The position numbers and the translations under genes were made by a program. Source: Octopus vulgaris (taxonomy: Eukaryota). Taken from it: a stretch of DNA of 64,000 bases. Numbering within the stretch: the first letter of the stretch is position 1; the number at the start of each line of letters is the position of its first letter. The notes below the pieces were generated by a model. That model did not search any database and had not been told where the DNA came from. It saw only the letters and a list, made by a program, of their open reading frames with translations. Shown one piece after another: positions 56,078 through 64,000 of this stretch. The stretch is taken from NCBI GenBank assembly GCA_951406725.2, contig OX597826.1, positions 58,962,001 through 59,026,000 of the forward strand, read 5' to 3'.

Positions 56078-57568
56078 CATAAGCGACATTCTGTATTTCC
56101 GTCTGTGAACCCTGTATCTCAGCCTACATTTGCTCTACATAGATATATTATACCTTTTTCGAATAATGATGATTCCGCGATTGAAAATCTACCCTTCATT
56201 GGGATTGCTATTTCTAGCAGGTAAAGCTTGGCTCATTCGCGTCATCTTGCTTCGTGTTTTGTTAGATGACGTCAGAGATCAAAGGGGAGATAAATGACAT
56301 TCGCTTCGTTAATTTTGCGTCGAGGTAAGAACTTTGGGACAAATTGGCCTACAGTTTGAATTCATCTTAGGACTGGAACGATAGAATGATTGTATTACTT
56401 AATTAATTCTCATTTATCTTTAACCTCTGATGAAACACCACCTGGGCATATAATCATTCAGGACTCGCCCCCCAAGCGCTATAAGCAGCGAGCCGGTAAG
56501 CAGACAAAACACATACGTTAACTATGTGCGGTCGATAATATATATTATATCCAATATATATAATATATTCGTATACACCTTCACAAACACATATATACGT
56601 ATGTAAGTACATACATGTATGGATGTATGAATGTATGGATGTAAATAAAGTTGCATAGCACAGAAGTGAAGAATGAAATCTTTCTAATTTAAGTCGCTAA
56701 GCAGTAATTTGCAGAAAATTTCACTGATAAATTTTCACTGATAAATTTATTTGTTGTTGTTGTTGTTCTTGTCCCGCTTCTTATCAACACTGATCGAATT
56801 GACATACGGCTGAAGCCATTGTATTCATGTACATTATTTCTTTACGTACATACGTACATACATAAATACATACATACATACGTTTATGTATGTATGTATG
56901 TACGACGTCTGGGAAACTAACTGATGAGAAAAATCCGCTGTTCCTTGTATCGTGTTTTTGTCTCAGCTATCTGTTTGTTAGGTTTTCGCCTAATTGTTTA
57001 TATCAATTTTTAGTATAAGCATTAGCATTTCGCTAAATCAGCCATTAATTTTCATGGTAAAAATATATGAACTGACAGACGGAATTAGCCAAACCAGAGA
57101 CAGTTTGAGTAGTCAGTACTTACAATACCTATAAAATAGGTAGAACTAGATCTAGTTTAGTAATTCTAGAAACGATCAAGGGGCGGGTATTTTCCCTGTC
57201 TGTGTATATTATATCACGGTCTTCTCACAACATTAAGAGTTTTTAAGATTATTTCGAGCAACGTAGGTGCTCCAGCACTCTTAGTTACATGCCGTTTGAA
57301 AGGTATTTACATGAAATTTCGTTGAAAAAACCCATTTTACTAAATGTTATGAGAGAAAAACACGGATTTTGTGAATTTTCCGAGGTTCTCTCCCCAACCT
57401 CCCGTGGCTTTACATACCTTTTTCTTTTCCTTTTCGTTTCCTACAAATTTTTTTACACTCGTTGTACTATTTTTTCTGATTTCTGTTTCCGGGTCAAGTT
57501 GCAAGCATTAACCTTTTTAACGATTAAATATTTCGATTATGGTATCACATTGTGCCTAGCTGTCTAGG

Positions 57569-57627
<59 letters not shown>

Positions 57628-57631
57628 ACGG

Positions 57632-57662
<31 letters not shown>

Positions 57663-58009
57663 CATTCATATACATACATACGTATATATATATGTATATA
57701 TATGTATGTATATACATACATACATGAGAGTGTCCGTGTGATGGGTGTGTGTGTAAATATATTGAGAGCTTGGTACACATACACGCATGCATCCATCACA
57801 CCTGCCAGCATTATGATGGATTTCCGAGCTCCCAGAAACAGCTGTTGAACTTGTAACACCTTTCTTCCCTTTAATTTTCTCTGCCGTTTGTATTCTATAG
57901 ATGTTGCATCTATTAATATAAATAGCTATATATTTATACTTAAATATTCATCGTCTGAAAGTCTCCACGTTTTACTTTCTTTCGTTTTATATGCATATAT
58001 GTATGTCTA

Positions 58010-58075
<66 letters not shown>

Positions 58076-58829
58076 TATATATATATTTAAATATGTATAT
58101 GTGTGTGTATGTAAGAATATTTCTCTCTCTCTCTATATATATATATATATGTGTGTTTGTGTTTGTGTGTGTTTATATAGATATGTATCTGTATACATAT
58201 ATCTATAAATGCGTATACATACACCCACGCACACATATATATACATACATACAGATATATATATATATATATATGTATGTATAAATATATGTATATGTAT
58301 ATACGAATGTATATAAGTATATTATATATTTTTTTCTGCCAATTATAACGTATTTATATTTGCAAATCAAAACTAAAAGATAAACAAAGAAACAAACTAA
58401 AACAATAAAAAGAAAAAAGAAAAAAGGAAACAGCATATACGTCTGTCATTAAATTTGTTTAAACTGTTTCATAAATCAACAGCCTGAACGACCCAATATA
58501 ATTCAGTAACAAAAATGACAATAAAACTCAACTGGAAAATAAATAAAAGTAATTAAAATTAATAAAATAAAAAAAAATAGTAAACAAGTGAAAACTCAAC
58601 AAAATGCTATAAATTGTATAAAACGTTTTTCTACTTTATTATGTATTTATTTATTCACTCGCTTATTGATGTTGTTTGATATTTTGTGCAATGCTTCGAA
58701 ATTTGACCATTAAGATCAGAAGCTCAGCATCGTAGGTAATGTGTTGGGACGGTCTCCACCAATCCACCGTCGACACTCTCTTGGGGCTGCCCTTTTCGGT
58801 CTGTCGTGTAAACCTGTATTGGTTTGGAG

Positions 58830-59148
58830 CCAGACCGGGCGTTGTGAGTGTTTATTGAGCGAAAACACCGAAAGCTCCACGAGGCTCCGGCAGGGGATGG
58901 TGGTGATCCCTGCTGTACTCTTTCACCACAACTTTCTCTCACTCTTACTTCCTGTTTCTGTTGTACCTGTATTTCAAAGGGCCGGCCTTGTCACTCTCTG
59001 TGTCACGCTGAATATCCCCAAGAACTACGTTAAGAATACACGTGTCTGTGGAGTGCTCAGCCACTTACACGTTAATTTCACGAGCAGGCTGTTCCGTTGA
59101 TCGGATCAACCGGAACCCTCGTCGTCGTAACCGACGGAATGCTTCCAG
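58830..59148 (+). mobile_element. 5'-truncated SINE related to family C, with a different 3' half and a 14-bp TSD
   Basis: TSD gtattggtttggag at 58816-58829 and 59149-59162. The first ~130 bp match the reverse complement of about 4265-4398. Confidence 0.87.
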
Positions 59149-59606
59149 GTATTGGTTTGGAGGCCTCGGGGTGGAGTGTAGCAAACACTAGGCTGCTCCG
59201 GTCGGCACAAACTCCAGCGTCAAGCGTCCAAACAACTGCGCCGGATCATCTCCTTTCGCCCACATAATCCGGAAGCGGCAAGAAAATTGCAGTCTTCAGT
59301 ATAAACGTAAAGCCACACCTCCGTCCCATCAGATGCCGCTTAGGACGTTTTTAAACTGAAAGCCGACTTTTTATCTCGTACTTTTGACCAGATTATCCTT
59401 TATCCTCCACCTTGTTATCCTCTTCCTCACTGTTTCTATAATTTGGCTTTTCTTTTAACGTATTTCTTTGCTTAATCTTTTCCACATCGTCTCTTTCTAA
59501 ATTCATCCTTTCTTAATTCATCCATTTCGCCATCCTCGCCTGCTCTTTCTCTGTCTGTCACTCTCCCCCTCTCTCTCCCTCTATGTATATATACATCTAC
59601 ATATAT

Positions 59607-59676
<70 letters not shown>

Positions 59677-59882
59677 ATATGTATATATATTTCATATTAC
59701 GTATAAGATGGCGACTTAAAACCTTTTAAGAGACACGAATAACCGATAAAACATGATATACGAGAAGATAATGTTCTCTCCCTTTCTCTCTCTCGTTATC
59801 TTACTCTCCCTCTCTCTAGCCTTCTGCATATTTACACATATATATACATACACACTCATACACACACATATATATATATACT

Positions 59883-59930
<48 letters not shown>

Positions 59931-60059
59931 TACATATATAAACATATATACATATATAAACATATTTATATATATACATATATATAAATATATTTTAATA
60001 TGTATATATATATAAGTATATATATAAACACAAGCACACACGCACACACATACACACAT

Positions 60060-60106
<47 letters not shown>

Positions 60107-60829
60107 GACATCCATCTATTTACACACAATCTAACACACTTGCAGACTCACACACACAAACTAAAAAGGGATATATGCTCTTTCACTTTCTTCTAATTCT
60201 TTTCTTTGTCTTTCTCCGTTATACATATTTATCTATTGTTTTCTTTCCCCAAATATATATACATATACATATATGTTTTTTTGTTATTTATATTTAATAT
60301 ATTTTGGGTTTCTCTTCTGATCTTATTCTTGGTGTTGCTGCTTTTATCACTTCGTTTGATGTATGAATGTATACACTCGTTTCGTGTTTATGTTTCTGTG
60401 TTTTATATTAAGCAGTCACTTAATATATGCGTTTGTATGTGTGTGTATCTGTTTATCTATCTATCTGTGTATATATACATACACATACACACACACACAT
60501 ATGTATACAATTGTATCCGCTTCTATCTCTCTCTCTCTCTCTTTCTACATATAATTATATGTACACATACACACACACAATCAGTTTAACGTATACATGC
60601 TGGGGTAGTCACCCACGCATATTCTTATACATTTGTGTTCTGTGTGTGCGTGGGTGTATTTTCATATCTATATACATACGTATATATATATATATATATA
60701 TATATACATACATACACATATATATATACATACACATATATATATATACATGAATGTATGTATGTAGTCATATACGTATCTATCTATCTATACACACGCG
60801 CGCACACAAACACGCACACACACACACAT

Positions 60830-60894
<65 letters not shown>

Positions 60895-61509
60895 CACATA
60901 CACACACACACAAACACACTCACATACATATACGTGCAGACGCGGACTCTGATTAAAAATCTATCTAAACCTTAAATCTTACCACCCCAGCGTCCACCAT
61001 CCACCCTGTACAGTCACGCCATATCTGTCTATTCTGCATTTCTACCTGCCTACGTACCTACCTGTCTACCTGCCTGGCTGCCTGCATATTTGCCTTCTTG
61101 CCTGTCTATCTCACTGTCTGACTGCCCTAAGATAAACACTGATTGAACAAAACTCAGGAAAAGCAAATCCTCGTTCGTTTCATTCCCTCTATACACTATT
61201 CACAACAATAACGAAAACAGTGAATGTATTTTTTTAATCTGTTAGCTTTTACCTTTTCAGACGTTTCTTGGAAAGTTTTCCTTCTTCACATTTCACTTTC
61301 TGTGAGAATTCAGTCTTTTATATCCTGCTTAATTTTCTTGTATTGCTTTAAATCTTGTCTTCTAATCATTCATCCCTGGCTCTCTGTTATCGTCACACAT
61401 ACATACATACATACATACATACATACATACATACATACATACATACATACATACATACATACATACATACATACATACATGCATGCATATATACACATAT
61501 GAGTGCATG

Positions 61510-61935
61510 TTTCTTATTTCTTTATTGCCCACAAGGGGCTAAACATATAGGGGACAAACAAGGACAGACAAACGGATTAAGTCGATTATATCTATCCCAG
61601 TGCGTAACTGGTACTTAATTTATCGACCCTCGAAAGGATGAAAGGCAAAGTCGACCTCGGTGGAATTTGAACTCAGAACGTATCGGCAGACGAAATACCT
61701 ATTTCTATTTCTTTACTACCCACATGGGGCTAAACACAGAGGGGACAAACAAGGGCAGACAAACAGATTAAGTCGATAACATCAACCCCAGTGCGTAACT
61801 GGTTCTTAATTTATATCGACCCCGAAAGGATGAAAGGCAAAGTTGATCTCGGCGGAATTTGACCTCAGAACGTAACGGCAGACGAAATACCCGCTAAGCA
61901 TTTCGCCCGGCGTGCTAACGTTTCTGCCAGCTCCC
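61510..61935 (-). mobile_element. Head-to-tail dimer of SINE family B
   Basis: Two units joined at gacgaaatacctatttctatttctttactacc. Confidence 0.9.
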
Positions 61936-62338
61936 CGCCTTTTGATGTGGTGTTTCTGTCTGGCTCGGCCACTCTCGCGCGATCTCTCTTTCTGTCGCTA
62001 TCTGTCACTATTCCTTACACACACACACACACACACACACATACACACACACACACACACACGGACACACATACACACACTCTATCTCACCCTCCCACTC
62101 TCTCTATATCGCTCTCTACTTCTATTTTTGTCTCTCTCCACTTCTCTTATTCTCGCTCTGATTTTACTTCTGTTACGTTCGCTCGCCCCCTTCTCTCTCT
62201 TTCTTTTTATCGCTTCTGTTCACTTCTCTCAGTTTCTCTCCTTGTTACTCTGTTTCTTTCTCCGCTATCTTTTTCTCTGTTTCTTTCTGATTTGTCTTAC
62301 TGTTTTATTTCATCTACGCCCTTATCTTAGAATCTTTG

Positions 62339-62480
62339 AATTTGTCGAAGAATTTGACTCCAGCACTTATGTTTTTTTAAAAGCCTGGTGGTTATTTATC
62401 GGCCCACTATTACCGAACAGCAAGGTTACGGCGATGCAAACCAGTCAGCACCAATTGTCAACGCTGCTGGGGGCAACACA
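62339..62480 (-). mobile_element. SINE family A, diverged 3' half
   Basis: Resembles the family-A 3' body (ccgaac..ctaag...accagcat..gttgtcaagcg..gctgggggacaaac). Confidence 0.5.
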
Positions 62481-62514
62481 CACACTCACTTCCCACATAC
62501 AAAACACACACACA

Positions 62515-62555
<41 letters not shown>

Positions 62556-62584
62556 GCACACATACAGACGCACCATTGCATATA

Positions 62585-63436
62585 CAGGGTGCGGTGAATG
62601 AAATGTCATCTAAATTACGCAAAAATGAAAATATCACTGACGTCTCATTTTAACAGAAATATTTAACAAAATTACATAAAAAAATATCTTGAAATAGTAA
62701 AGAGTGAATTTTATCAATAAAACCGCCATTGGCTTCAACGACGGTCTCCAGACGGATTCGGAATCTTACGCAATTCTTCTGGACGCTCTCCTTGTTTAAG
62801 TTGGTGAATGCTGCCATAATCCTTTGCCTTTAGTTCATCTTTGGTATCACAAGGAGTTTTGTTGGTCTCTCGCTCAACAGCACCCATTACATTATAATCA
62901 AGGGGGTTGAAGTATTGGGAGATAGGTGGCCAGATGAAAGGGTTGATGTCACCGAAATTGTCTGACAGCCACGACTGGGTTTTCATGCATGGGTGGCATG
63001 GTGCAGAGTCCTGTTGCTAGGCACAAGGTCTTCCAGAAGCCACCCTCTTGACCCAGAGCAGTACTATCTCCTCCAGGCACTTGATGTAGGCCTCATTGTT
63101 GAGTCTGGGCTGTGTGGGAAGATAAATGGAGGCATAACGTCGCCATCAATACTGATCAGTCAAAATGCTATGATTTTGACTGGATGTCTGATTTTTATCA
63201 CTGTCTGTACATGTCCTCAGATTGACACCCAAACACTCTGAAATGTGTTGGAGCATCCGGCGCGAATGCCAAACAGTACAGGGTATTATTTCCAAATTGC
63301 GTCATGTTGCTGTTTTTCTTACAGACGGTGCCCAACTAACCTTACTACACTTTGCAGTCGACAAAATCAAAAACAGGCAATGGGCATGCGCGAAATTGAA
63401 AATATAAAATGGCGACAATTTACCCAGCGCGCTCTG
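62585..63436 (-). mobile_element. Internally deleted Tc1/mariner-superfamily transposon, probably DD37D (maT)-type
   Basis: Minus strand reads QQDSAPCH and WPPISQYFNPLDYNVMGAVERETNKTPCDTKDELK (WPP.SPDLNPLDY-like). Imperfect TIRs cagggtgcggtgaatgaaatgtc / gacaatttacccagcgcgctctg, with TA at the left end. Confidence 0.82.
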
Positions 63437-63469
63437 TGCACATATGTATACAAAATGGGCATCAACACA

Positions 63470-63600
63470 ATTTCTAATCACCAAATTCACTTAAGCCTTT
63501 GGTCTGGCTGTTGCTAAGTAGAAGACACTCGTCCAAATTACTGCGCAGTGGGACTGAAACCGAAAGTGTATGGTTTCTATAGTTTCTTAAGCACACTGCC
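63470..63600 (-). mobile_element. SINE family A, diverged 5' half
   Basis: aagtagaagacactcgtccaa...gcgcagtgggactgaaacc. Confidence 0.6.
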
Positions 63601-63699
63601 TACATCTGTCAGTAAAATTCGTGCGGCATTTAAGTGCAACGGATAATACAATTAATAATGTGCCGGATCACACATGCAGTCTATCGTAATGTCCGCACT

Positions 63700-63747
<48 letters not shown>

Positions 63748-64000
63748 ACGTCTTTGCCAGTATATATATACAATGAAGCTTTACTATAGCATCGTAAATT
63801 CATCGACTGCTATTTCCAGTAACCATTGGTGCCTTGTTGTACCATTAATCCCTCTCTCTTGCATTTTGAGTTGGATTCATGCAGTTGCTGTAAAATTCTT
63901 CTGCGCTCCTTTCCTGCCAATCTAGGACGGTTGCTTGCTGTCAATTCAGAAATTTTGGTCTGGATGTCTTAGAGTTCTCAACGAGGGAGCAGCTTCATGC

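Noticed and set aside
57170-57566. Possible Helitron 3' end (small hairpin plus CTAG)
   Set aside because: The hairpin is weak, the next base is not T, and no 5' TC end or second copy is visible.

Overview
AT-rich, microsatellite-dense eukaryotic DNA that is almost entirely repeat-derived. The SINE families and repeat landscape look like a coleoid cephalopod, probably Octopus (inference from recalled repeat content, not a database result). I see no intact host gene, and nearly all ORFs in the track are translated (TA)n/(CA)n/(TACA)n or trinucleotide repeats. Recognisable content: a decayed RTE-clade LINE with three C-terminal C2H2-like fingers (1-2735), three or more Penelope-like element (PLE) fragments, a Gypsy RT fragment, two mariner elements, a DD37D/maT-like Tc1-mariner, a MITE, and about 20 copies of at least three tRNA-derived SINE families. 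The most notable unexplained structure is: (i) minimal type I hammerhead-ribozyme motifs, including a near-perfect 87-bp-arm palindrome with one hammerhead per strand and a 3-copy family with a non-canonical core; (ii) recurrent (TA)n-centred fold-back palindromes; (iii) SINE tandems joined at the same self-complementary junction; (iv) closely spaced inverted SINE pairs; (v) one possible poly-Q/VKEEP coding exon on the minus strand. Coordinates were read by eye and element boundaries are approximate.
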